Source: Candidatus Omnitrophota bacterium (GTDB lineage: Bacteria; Omnitrophota; Gorgyraeia; Zapsychrales; Fredricksoniimonadaceae). Taken from it: 64,000 nucleotides of DNA. Both the position numbers and the translations under genes were made by a program. Below the pieces are notes generated by a model. The model was not told the DNA's origin. It did not search any database and saw only the letters and a program-made list of their open reading frames with translations. Positions 9,041 to 17,111 of this stretch are shown here, one piece after another (position 1 is the stretch's first letter; each line of letters starts with the position of its first letter). The stretch covers positions 7,640 to 71,639 of the forward strand of contig CAILQW010000051.1 in NCBI GenBank assembly GCA_903836515.1, read 5' to 3'.

Positions 9041-10741
9041 ATGATAATCCGCATATTGGTTGTTTTCGCCCTGGCGTGTTGCCTTGGGGCGGGCGCGGCT
9101 TGGGCCAATGACATCGCGCTCACCGCGCCTTCCCTGATCAACAAGGACACGCCCGACGCGGGCGGGTGGGATATCAGCTTCAGCGTGTCGTGGGACAATG
9201 CCTGGTGCGATGTGGGCGCGGCGTGCAACGGCGACGCGCAGGTCGAGACCGCCAACTGGGACGCGGCCTGGGTCTTCGCCAAATTTTCCAAGTGGCTCCC
9301 CGCGACAAGCAAGTGGGACGACTGGAAGCACTGCACCATTGCCAAGACCGGCAATACGGCCGCTACGGGCTCACGCGTCGCCGTGGGCTGTTCGCCTTCG
9401 GCCGCCTGCGGCACGTCCGACACCGGCAAGGGGCTCTTCATTTACCATGGCGCGGCGGGCAGTTTCACCCAGGCGGGCGGCAACAAGACCTCCTTTGCCG
9501 GCGCGGCCCTGCGCTGGCTTTACACCGCCGACGGGGTCGGCCCTGCCGACGCGGTCAAGGTTAAAATATTCGGCATCGAGATGGTGTATATCCCCCAGGG
9601 GCTTTTTTATGTCGGCGACGGCAGTGCAACGGGCTCGGGCAATTTTACCGACGGCAGCTGGACGTCGGGCGCCACCATTCCTGTCAAGATAGCCTCCGAG
9701 GGCGTCATCACCATCGGCCAGAGTGCGGGCAACCTCTGGGGCACCTCCACGAGCGGCTACAATTCCATCGGCGGCGCGGGCACGCTCCCGGCCGCGTTCC
9801 CCAAAGGGTATAACGCCTTTTACATGACCAAGTACGAACTTTCCTCCGGCCAATACCGCGATTTCTTAAACGCCCTGCCGCGCGCGGCGCAGAACACCCG
9901 CATCGCTGTACAGACAGCGGCGTATTACACGATGTCGGGCACGCAGTTCATCAATTATCGCAGTGTGATCCGCAACCCCGCCAGCATCCCGGCGAGCCCG
10001 AAGTTGATCACCTTCGGGGTTGACCTGGACGGCAAAACCATCACCAGCGCCAACAACAACACCCTCCTGGGCAACGGCACGTTCAACGAGTCCAATGACG
10101 GGGAATGGATCGCGGCGAATTACCTGGAATGGCAGGACCTGGCCGCGTTCGCGGACTGGGCGGGCCTGCGCCCTTTCACCGAGCTTGAATTTGAAAAAGC
10201 CGCCCGCGGGCCGCAGTTTCCCGCGGCGGATGAATATGCCTGGGGCTCGACCTCGATCACGCAGGCCACGGCCCTGACCCATGCCGGGGAATCGGGGGAA
10301 ATAGCCAATGCCGGCGCCAATTGCAATTATGGCGGCACGGGTAATGTGTACGGCCCGGTACGTCAGGGTATTTTCGCGGGCACGGCCACCACGCGCGCCG
10401 CGGCCGGCGCCAGTTATTACGGGGTCATGGAACTTTCCGGCAGTTTGTGGGAAAGGCCTGTCAGCGTGGGCGAGGCGACCCGGGGCCGCCTTTTCACCGG
10501 CCTCCATGGCAACGGGGCGCTGAACGCCGCGGGTAACGCCGATGTGGATTACTGGCCCGGCAACAGCGGCACCGGCGGGGCTGGCGGTGAAGTAACAGGG
10601 GCTACGGGTTCGGGGTTCCGCGGCGGTGTTTGGTACGATATCACTTCCCTCGCGCGCGTGTCTGACCGCTACCTCGCGGCCATGGACCATGGTAGTCGGT
10701 ACATCGGTAACGGCGCCCGATTCGCGAGGACTTCCCCTTAG
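9041..10741 (+). CDS. secreted protein with C-terminal FGE-sulfatase (SUMF1/GldK-like) domain, paralog 1
   Basis: signal peptide; FYMTKYELSSGQYRDFLNAL ... EWQDLAAFADWAGLRPFTELEFEKAARGPQ...DEYAWG ... GSLWER ... GFRGG match FGE-domain landmarks; N-terminal Trp-rich region WDISFSVSWDNAW...NWDAAWVFAKF. Confidence 0.7.
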   Translation: MIIRILVVFALACCLGAGAAWANDIALTAPSLINKDTPDAGGWDISFSVSWDNAWCDVGAACNGDAQVETANWDAAWVFAKFSKWLPATSKWDDWKHCTIAKTGNTAATGSRVAVGCSPSAACGTSDTGKGLFIYHGAAGSFTQAGGNKTSFAGAALRWLYTADGVGPADAVKVKIFGIEMVYIPQGLFYVGDGSATGSGNFTDGSWTSGATIPVKIASEGVITIGQSAGNLWGTSTSGYNSIGGAGTLPAAFPKGYNAFYMTKYELSSGQYRDFLNALPRAAQNTRIAVQTAAYYTMSGTQFINYRSVIRNPASIPASPKLITFGVDLDGKTITSANNNTLLGNGTFNESNDGEWIAANYLEWQDLAAFADWAGLRPFTELEFEKAARGPQFPAADEYAWGSTSITQATALTHAGESGEIANAGANCNYGGTGNVYGPVRQGIFAGTATTRAAAGASYYGVMELSGSLWERPVSVGEATRGRLFTGLHGNGALNAAGNADVDYWPGNSGTGGAGGEVTGATGSGFRGGVWYDITSLARVSDRYLAAMDHGSRYIGNGARFARTSP

Positions 10742-10777
10742 GATTTAACCCTTTACACCCGGATGGCGCGATGGTGC

Positions 10778-10805
10778 GTAGAGACGCAAAATTTTGCGTC
10801 TCTAC
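10778..10805. repeat. REP element copy (type A flank ...cagcgaatgg)
   Basis: perfect 28-nt palindrome; first unit of an A-B-A cluster. Confidence 0.9.
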
Positions 10806-10841
10806 AGCGAATGGGTCGGCGGTTGGATGATGCCATGATGG

Positions 10842-10869
10842 GCAGAGACGCAAGATTTTGCGTCTTTAC
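10842..10869. repeat. REP variant (type B: GCAGAGACGCAAGATTTTGCGTCTTTAC, flank cctttaatgatt)
   Basis: diverged copy between two canonical copies. Confidence 0.8.
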
Positions 10870-10920
10870 CTTTAATGATTTTATGGGATGATGGGATTAT
10901 ATCGGATGGCGCGATGGTGT

Positions 10921-10948
10921 GTAGAGACGCAAAATTTTGCGTCTCTAC
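10921..10948. repeat. REP element copy
   Basis: perfect palindrome; 52 nt upstream of the RAYT start. Confidence 0.9.
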
Positions 10949-10999
10949 AGCGAATGGTTTAATTGCCAATGATTTGGCCATGCATGAGGGCGGCGGGGG

Positions 11000-11590
11000 A
11001 TGGATAAGAAATTTGGCGGGAAATACCGTACCGGCACGGCGCGTTTGGCGCATTGGGATTATGCGACAGAAGGCGGGTATTTTGTAACCATATGCGTTAA
11101 AGACAAACGGTGTGTTTTTGGTGAGGTTAAGGATGGACATGTTGTCCTGAACGATTGTGGACGGATCGTCCAGGATTGCTGGTTGGCTGTGCCGGAACAT
11201 TTTCCTCACACGTCTTTGGGGCCTTATGTTGTTATGCCAAATCATGTCCACGGGATCATTTTCATTCATGACCGGGTGCGGCGATTGGATGATGGCAGCG
11301 TATCAAATGATGCCATGATGTGTAGAGACGCAAAATTTTGCGTCTCTACAGCGAATGGGTCGGCGCTTGACGGTAATCGCTTCGGGCCGCAATCCATGAA
11401 CCTCGGATCGATCGTGCGCGGTTTCAAGGCCGGTGTCACAACATCGGCCCGTGATCGCGGCATCCCGTTTGTTTGGCTGGAAAGGTATCATGATCATGTT
11501 ATTCGCCACGATCAGGACCTGGCCCGTATTTCAAAATATATCGAGGATAACCCGTTGCAATGGTCTTTGGATGAGGAAAATCCGGGATGA
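11000..11590 (+). CDS. REP-associated tyrosine transposase (RAYT; IS200/IS605-like HuH Y1 transposase)
   Basis: N-terminus YRTGTARLAHWDYATEGGYFVTICVKDKR; HuH motif MPNHVHGIIFI; C-terminus SIVRGFKAGVTT...VWLERYHDHVIRHDQDLARISKYIEDNPLQW (catalytic Tyr / Y..NP..W); surrounded by cognate REPs. Confidence 0.8.
   Translation: MDKKFGGKYRTGTARLAHWDYATEGGYFVTICVKDKRCVFGEVKDGHVVLNDCGRIVQDCWLAVPEHFPHTSLGPYVVMPNHVHGIIFIHDRVRRLDDGSVSNDAMMCRDAKFCVSTANGSALDGNRFGPQSMNLGSIVRGFKAGVTTSARDRGIPFVWLERYHDHVIRHDQDLARISKYIEDNPLQWSLDEENPG
11322..11349. repeat. REP element copy lying inside the RAYT coding sequence, in frame
   Basis: perfect palindrome translated as ...MMCRDAKFCVSTANG... between the HuH and Tyr motifs. 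Confidence 0.9.
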
Positions 11591-11607
11591 TGGTTGGATG
11601 ATGGTGC

Positions 11608-11635
11608 GTAGAGACGCAAAATTTTGCGTCTGTAC
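11608..11635. repeat. REP element copy (type B flank)
   Basis: GTAGAGACGCAAAATTTTGCGTCTGTAC + cctttaatgatttaatggg. Confidence 0.85.
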
Positions 11636-11686
11636 CTTTAATGATTTAATGGGATGATGGGGTTATATCGGATGGCGCGATGGTGC

Positions 11687-11714
11687 GTAGAGACGCAAAA
11701 TTTTGCGTCTCTAC
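11687..11714. repeat. REP element copy (type A flank)
   Basis: perfect palindrome + cagcgaatgggtcggcggttggatgat. Confidence 0.9.
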
Positions 11715-11902
11715 AGCGAATGGGTCGGCGGTTGGATGATATAAAAAAGGCAAGACCTTATCGATCTTGCCCTTGAACCTGTAGCCTGGCCCGCTTAAGG
11801 CCAGCCTTTCCTTGACTGAAAGAAATTATATTGAATATGGTTCCTGTTTTCAAGAGAAATTTTGGTTCCGGGGATGCCTTGACTCACCCCCGGAACCTTC
11901 AA

Positions 11903-11975
11903 CGCCCCTGGCGGGATTCGAACCCGCAACCCTTTCTGAGTCAAGGAAAGGCTCTATCCATTGAGCTACAGGGGC
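11903..11975 (-). tRNA. tRNA, probably Val(GAC); 73 nt, CCA not encoded
   Basis: minus-strand cloverleaf: acceptor GCCCCTG/CAGGGGC, D-arm GCTC-AATGGATA-GAGC, T-arm GCGGG-TTCGAAT-CCCGC, anticodon loop TTGACTC (one C-A mismatch in the anticodon stem), discriminator G. Confidence 0.6.
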
Positions 11976-12054
11976 GTCAATGTTGTTTTTAATGTAACAC
12001 ATATTGATAATATGTCAATTAGTAAATTCTTTATTTCTTGATTATGGGCAAGGC

Positions 12055-12082
12055 GTAGAGACGCAAAATCTTGCGTCTCTAC
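12055..12082. repeat. REP element copy (AAAATCTTGCG variant)
   Basis: GTAGAGACGCAAAATCTTGCGTCTCTAC, type A flank. Confidence 0.85.
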
Positions 12083-12118
12083 AGCGAATGGCGCGGCGAT
12101 TGGATGACGCCATGATGC

Positions 12119-12146
12119 GTACAGACGCAAGATTTTGCGTCTGTAC
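12119..12146. repeat. REP variant (GTACAGACGCAAGATTTTGCGTCTGTAC, type B flank)
   Basis: palindromic variant 36 nt after the previous copy. Confidence 0.8.
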
Positions 12147-12172
12147 CTTTAATGATTTAATGGGATGACGGG

Positions 12173-13888
12173 ATGGTTTTAAGGGCAATGCGCATATTGG
12201 TTTTTCTGGGCTTGGCCTTTGGGTTTGGCGCGGGCGGGGCCTGGGCCAGTGGCATTGCGGTGTCCAACGTGTTTGTGACGGGCCAGAACGCCTCCAGCCG
12301 CACGTGGGATATCCAGTTCGACGCGGCCTGGGACCATTCGTGGTTCATCGCGGGCGCCCCGGCGGCCAACGCCAACTGGGACGCGGCCTGGGTCTTCGCC
12401 AAGTTCACCGTCTATAGCACAGCCACCTCTTCCTGGTCGGCCTGGGCGCATTGCACGCTGTCGAAAACCAACGCGGACCATACCGCGCCTTCCGGGGCCC
12501 AGGTCAAGGCCGGGTGCTCGCCTTCCGCCGCCTGCGGGGGGGCGGACGCGGGCAAGGGGATTTTCCTCTACCGCGCCGCGGCGGGCACCGGTTCTGTCGA
12601 TTGGCAGCGGGCGCGGCTGCGCTGGCTTTACGGCGCCGACGGCGTGGGTGACAATGACCGGGTGAGGGTGAAGGTTTTTGGCATCGAGATGGTCTATATC
12701 CCCACGGCGTCGTTTTATATCGGCGACGGGAGCGGTAACCCGGCAGCGCATTTCCAGGCGGCTTCGGGCGGTGGCGCGGTGCAGATCTCTTCCGGCTGGT
12801 CGGCGGCTGTCAACGCCTCCGCGGCGGGGGGCAACGATGACGACGCCCAGGTGCAGGCGCCCGGGGCGGGCCTGAGCCTTTCGGGCACCGGGGGGATCAA
12901 GTACGCCGGCGGGTCGAACCTGAACGCCGCTTTCCCTGTCGGTTACAATGCCTTCTATGTCATGAAGTATGATGTGTCCCAGCGCCAGTACGCGGATTTT
13001 CTCAATGCCCTGACGCGGGCCCAGCAGGCGGCGCGGGTGGCGGCGGACATTTCGGGCAGTGCACCCGACGCGCGTTATGTGATGTCCGGGGCGTCTTTGG
13101 TCGTCAACCGCGACGGCCTCGCGGCCCCCGCATCGGGCAATGGCACCACAGCGCCTGTTGTGTTTGGCTGTGACCTCAACCAGAACGGCGTCCTGGACGA
13201 GGCGGCCGACGGCGGGTGGGTGTCGGCCAACGACATAAGCTGGATGGACCAGGCGGCCTACGCGGCGTGGGCAGGCCTGCGGCCTTTGACCGAACTGGAA
13301 TTCGAGAAAGCGGCCCGCGGGCCTTCAACCCCCGTGGCGGACGAGTATGCCTGGGGGGATACGGGGGTTTATAATGTTACGGGCGCCTCGGCTGATTATG
13401 CGCCGGGGTCTTCGGGCACCGCGGCCGAGGCCGTGGCCAACCCTGCCGCGGGCACGGGCAACGCGGCGTATTACACGACGATGTGTTACGGCGGGGCGAA
13501 CAACGTGTGCGGGCCCTGGCGCAACGGGGTGTTCGCCGCGAGCGCCGCCACGAAGAACCGCCAGGAGACCGGCGGCAGTTATTACGGGGTCATGGACCTT
13601 TCGGGGAACCTCTGGAAGCATACGGTGACCGTCGGGAACGCGGCGGGCCGCGCGTTTACCGGGACGCACGGTTCGGGGGCCCTCTCCGCTACGGGCAGCG
13701 CGGTGCAGGCGGATTGGCCGGGCTTTAGCGGGGGCGGGGTCACGGCGGCCGACGGCAGCGGTTTTCGGGGCGGGGCGTGGCTCAGCCAGGCGGCGAGCCT
13801 GCGCGTTTCCGACAGGGGGTTCGCGGCGGTCGCTTCGGCCCTGCGCACCTATGTGTACGGCGCCCGCGCCGCGCATACCGCGCCATGA
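12173..13888 (+). CDS. secreted protein with C-terminal FGE-sulfatase (SUMF1/GldK-like) domain, paralog 2
   Basis: same architecture as 9041..10741: signal peptide, WDIQFDAAWDHSW...NWDAAWVFAKF, FYVMKYDVSQRQYADFLNAL, GLRPLTELEFEKAARGPS...DEYAWG, GNLWKH, GFRGG. Confidence 0.7.
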   Translation: MVLRAMRILVFLGLAFGFGAGGAWASGIAVSNVFVTGQNASSRTWDIQFDAAWDHSWFIAGAPAANANWDAAWVFAKFTVYSTATSSWSAWAHCTLSKTNADHTAPSGAQVKAGCSPSAACGGADAGKGIFLYRAAAGTGSVDWQRARLRWLYGADGVGDNDRVRVKVFGIEMVYIPTASFYIGDGSGNPAAHFQAASGGGAVQISSGWSAAVNASAAGGNDDDAQVQAPGAGLSLSGTGGIKYAGGSNLNAAFPVGYNAFYVMKYDVSQRQYADFLNALTRAQQAARVAADISGSAPDARYVMSGASLVVNRDGLAAPASGNGTTAPVVFGCDLNQNGVLDEAADGGWVSANDISWMDQAAYAAWAGLRPLTELEFEKAARGPSTPVADEYAWGDTGVYNVTGASADYAPGSSGTAAEAVANPAAGTGNAAYYTTMCYGGANNVCGPWRNGVFAASAATKNRQETGGSYYGVMDLSGNLWKHTVTVGNAAGRAFTGTHGSGALSATGSAVQADWPGFSGGGVTAADGSGFRGGAWLSQAASLRVSDRGFAAVASALRTYVYGARAAHTAP

Positions 13889-13920
13889 CCATAAGACGAG
13901 GATAAAATATTCGTGGACGT

Positions 13921-14640
13921 ATGATGCGTCAGTATCTTGTGTGGATTTTTTGTGCGGGGGTTGTCTTGTGCGCCCCGCCGGCGCAGGCCCTTTATTTCGG
14001 GGGCGGCACCGGCGACGGGTACGGCTACGCCCTGGGCGATTCGCGCAGCTGGGGGTTTTTCGGCGGGCCGGGCCGGGGCGAGGTGATGACCCTGACCGCG
14101 GCGCAGACGCTCATGACCTTTACCAGCGCCGCGGTGCAGACCTTCACGATGGGCGATCCCTCGACCGCGGCGAGCACCCTGACCATCCGCCAGGACACGG
14201 CCATCGGGGCGGGAGTGCTGGCGGCCAAGGGCCTGCGCGTCATCATCCCCGCCGCGTTGGACATGACCTGGAACACGGCCAAAACAGCCCTGACGGTCAC
14301 AGGGAGCGCGGCGGGCAAGGTGTCGGCGTCCGCGCCGGCGTTGACCGTGACCTATCCGGACAACAAGACCATGCTCATCAGTGTCCTGGCCGATTTCGTG
14401 GACACCGACACGATCGTGGTCGCGGGCATGGAGTTCAACAATTTCACGTTCATCGGGACGGATTACCTGGAGCTGGATATTTCGGGCGCGGGGTCGCTGT
14501 ATGAGTTCGATCCTTTCCAGAAAATGATCCTGGCGCCCGAGAGGAGCCGCGGTTTCCTGGGGGGCGCGGGCCGCGGCGAGAACGAACTGGATATTTACCA
14601 GTTGCCGCGTAATGCCCTTGACCTGGGCATCTTATTCTAG
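13921..14640 (+). CDS. secreted hypothetical protein
   Basis: signal peptide ...CAPPAQA; Gly/Thr/Ala-rich; terminal FGGPGRGE / FLGGAGRGE repeats; no recognisable domain. Confidence 0.4.
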   Translation: MMRQYLVWIFCAGVVLCAPPAQALYFGGGTGDGYGYALGDSRSWGFFGGPGRGEVMTLTAAQTLMTFTSAAVQTFTMGDPSTAASTLTIRQDTAIGAGVLAAKGLRVIIPAALDMTWNTAKTALTVTGSAAGKVSASAPALTVTYPDNKTMLISVLADFVDTDTIVVAGMEFNNFTFIGTDYLELDISGAGSLYEFDPFQKMILAPERSRGFLGGAGRGENELDIYQLPRNALDLGILF

Positions 14641-14681
14641 CCGCGCGGGGGCTTTTCCCCGCGCCTGACACCGGAGGTTGC

Positions 14682-15365
14682 ATGGATATCGGCAAGGTCG
14701 TTTTTCTCGCGGGCGCGGCCCTGGTCCTGGCTGTCCCTGGCGCGCGGGCGAATTTCCTGCCCAGCGCGGTCAACGGCAATATCGGAATCGGGACCACGGC
14801 CCCGGCGCAGAAACTGGATGTCGCGGGCACGGTCAAGGCTACGGCGTTCAGCGGCAACGGCGCGGGGCTGACGGATATTTCCGGCACGGTCAGCGGCCTG
14901 ACAGCCACTGCGGTGCCTTACGCGGCGTCGCCGACAACGCTCGTGGATTCCGGCATTTACGTGGGGGCGGGCGGCAATGTGGGGATCGGGTCGGCTTCTC
15001 CCGGCGCGGCGCTGGATGTCAGCGGCAAGGGGTCGATCGGGACACTGATCCTGCCTCCTGCGGGCGCTGTCGTGCTGGTAGCCGCGGGGTCGGGGGTGGG
15101 GGTTGCGGGGAATTCCTTTATCCGTATCGCCGGATCGGGGGGTGCGGTCGATATCACCCCCGGCGTGACCCAGATCGCCGCGGGGTCTGACGGGCAGGAA
15201 CTTGTCCTTTACGGCACCAGCGACACCCATACCGTGAAGTTTCATAACGGGGACGGGCTGGAGCTTTTTTACGGGGTGTCTTTCACGCTGGGCCAGGATG
15301 ATACCTTAAGGCTGATCTACAGCGCCCCGGGCGGTTTCTGGCGCGAGATATCCCGATCGAATTGA
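14682..15365 (+). CDS. secreted hypothetical protein with tail-fibre-like N-terminal motif
   Basis: signal peptide; GNIGIGTTAPAQKLDVAGTVKA motif followed by a Gly-rich beta region. Confidence 0.5.
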   Translation: MDIGKVVFLAGAALVLAVPGARANFLPSAVNGNIGIGTTAPAQKLDVAGTVKATAFSGNGAGLTDISGTVSGLTATAVPYAASPTTLVDSGIYVGAGGNVGIGSASPGAALDVSGKGSIGTLILPPAGAVVLVAAGSGVGVAGNSFIRIAGSGGAVDITPGVTQIAAGSDGQELVLYGTSDTHTVKFHNGDGLELFYGVSFTLGQDDTLRLIYSAPGGFWREISRSN

Positions 15366-15396
15366 TGGGGGATGATGCCATGATGCAAGGAGAGAG

Positions 15397-16245
15397 ATGA
15401 AAGTTATCAAGACGATAGGGGCGCTGCGCGCGGCTGTTGCCGCGCACAGGCGCCGGGGGCATGCGGTCGGGTTTGTGCCGACCATGGGGTATTTCCATCA
15501 GGGGCATGTATCCCTGATGAAGGCCAGTGTGAAGGCCCATGACACGACCGTGGTAAGTCTTTTTGTCAACCCGACGCAGTTTGGCCCCGCGGAAGATCTG
15601 GCGCGTTATCCGCGCGATCTGAAACGCGACACGGCGCAGGCGCGCGCGGCGGGGGTTGATATTCTTTTTGTGCCGACGGTTGAAGAGATGTACCCGTGTC
15701 CGGCGGCCGTGTCGATCGAGGTGGGAAGCATGGGCGATATCCTCTGCGGCGCGGCGCGGCCCGGTCATTTCCGAGGGGTCGCCACGGTGGTTGCCAAATT
15801 ATTGAACATCGTCCAGCCCGATGCGATGTACCTGGGGCAGAAGGATGCGCAGCAGGCAGAGGTGTTGAAAAGGGTGGTCATGGCCCTTGATTTTCCGGTG
15901 CGTATCAAGGTTTGTCCGACGTGCCGCGAGCAGGACGGGCTGGCGATGAGCTCCCGGAATCTATACCTTTCTCCGGCGGAAAGGGCCAAGGCTCCGGCGA
16001 TATACCTGGCCCTGTGCCAGGGCGCGAAAAGGATCGCCGACGGTGAGCGCGATGCCTCCAAAATAAATTCTCTAATAAAAAAGTTGATTTGCGACGGGAC
16101 GGGTGCTAGCATTGATTATGTTTCATGCGTAGGGCTTGACGGTTTTCGGATTGTCCGTCGGATAGAAGGCGACACGCTCATGGCAGTCGCGGCCCGTATC
16201 GGCTCTACCCGACTGATAGATAACATTGTTGTCAAGGTTCGATGA
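15397..16245 (+). CDS. panC: pantoate--beta-alanine ligase
   Basis: FVPTMGYFHQGHVSLM (HIGH-type motif) ... LFVNPTQFGP. Confidence 0.9.
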   Translation: MKVIKTIGALRAAVAAHRRRGHAVGFVPTMGYFHQGHVSLMKASVKAHDTTVVSLFVNPTQFGPAEDLARYPRDLKRDTAQARAAGVDILFVPTVEEMYPCPAAVSIEVGSMGDILCGAARPGHFRGVATVVAKLLNIVQPDAMYLGQKDAQQAEVLKRVVMALDFPVRIKVCPTCREQDGLAMSSRNLYLSPAERAKAPAIYLALCQGAKRIADGERDASKINSLIKKLICDGTGASIDYVSCVGLDGFRIVRRIEGDTLMAVAARIGSTRLIDNIVVKVR

Positions 16246-17102
16246 GACGCCCTTTGAAAAGTCCAAGACCAACATCAAAACTTGCCGCTCCCTTACTGAA
16301 GCTGGGTATTGTCGGATGCGGCGCGATCGGCTCAAGGATCGCCGGGAGTGTCCGTAAGGAGCTCAAGGGGCTTTTTACCGTGGCGGCCGTGCATGATATT
16401 GATCATACCAGGGCCCGCGATCTGGCAGGGCGCCTCGATCTTGGGGCGGAGGCTGTTGTTTCCATCGACGCGCTGATCCAGGGGGCGGATGTTGTGGTGG
16501 AGGCCGTCAATACGGCCGCAGCCGCCGGGATCGTCCGTAAATCACTTCAGGCCGGCAAAAGTGTCCTGGCCATGAGCGTTGGAAGACTGCTGGATCACGG
16601 CAGTCTTTTTCCTTTGGCGCGCCGCTCGGCCGGCCAGCTCCTCCTGCCTTCGGGGGCTGTGGCAGGCCTGGATGCGGTCAAGGCCGCAGCGCTTGCCGGC
16701 ATCACCGCCATCACCCTTATATCACGTAAACCACCGGCCGGCTTTTTCGGCAATGTTTATATTAAAGAGAAGGGCATCCGCCTGCACGCGCTTAAAAAGG
16801 ACAAAATCCTTTTCGACGGCGGGGTCATGGAGGCGGTGCGTTATTTTCCCCAGAATATCAATGTTGCGGCGGCGGTGGCACTGGCAGCCGGCCCTCAAGC
16901 GGCCTTGCGTGTCCGTATCATCGCTTCGCCAGCGGCCCGGCGCAACAGCCATGAGATCCTCCTTGAGGGCGAATGCGGCCGGATCACAACCAGGACCGAG
17001 AATACGGTCTGCCCCGACAATCCCAAGACCAGTTATCTTGCGGTCCTTTCGGGCATACGCACATTGAAGGGATTCGCGGATCATATCAAAATAGGGACCT
17101 GA
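16242..17102 (+). CDS. L-aspartate dehydrogenase-like protein (NadX family)
   Basis: LGIVGCGAIG...LPSGAVAGLDAV...FPQNINVAAAVALA...DNPKTSYLAV resembles NadX; N-terminal start uncertain. Confidence 0.65.
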   Translation: MRRPLKSPRPTSKLAAPLLKLGIVGCGAIGSRIAGSVRKELKGLFTVAAVHDIDHTRARDLAGRLDLGAEAVVSIDALIQGADVVVEAVNTAAAAGIVRKSLQAGKSVLAMSVGRLLDHGSLFPLARRSAGQLLLPSGAVAGLDAVKAAALAGITAITLISRKPPAGFFGNVYIKEKGIRLHALKKDKILFDGGVMEAVRYFPQNINVAAAVALAAGPQAALRVRIIASPAARRNSHEILLEGECGRITTRTENTVCPDNPKTSYLAVLSGIRTLKGFADHIKIGT

Positions 17103-17111
17103 GGAGGTATC

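Noticed and set aside
11903-11975. Alternative anticodon assignments for the tRNA (UGA/Ser, UUG/Gln)
   Set aside because: The short 5-nt variable loop excludes Ser. The only 7-nt loop that leaves a 4/5-paired stem puts GAC at positions 34-36. Identity remains tentative.
8286-12146. The repeated 28-mers could be a CRISPR array
   Set aside because: The repeats are perfect palindromes with irregular spacing (36 nt to kilobases) and sit between genes. They occur in two alternating flank variants. There are no cas genes. This fits REP/BIME, not CRISPR.
9041-13888. FGE-domain paralogs as T9SS GldK/PorK components
   Set aside because: No gldL/M/N, sprA or other T9SS genes are nearby. The N-terminal domain differs. 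The proteins are kept as a generic FGE-fold secreted family.
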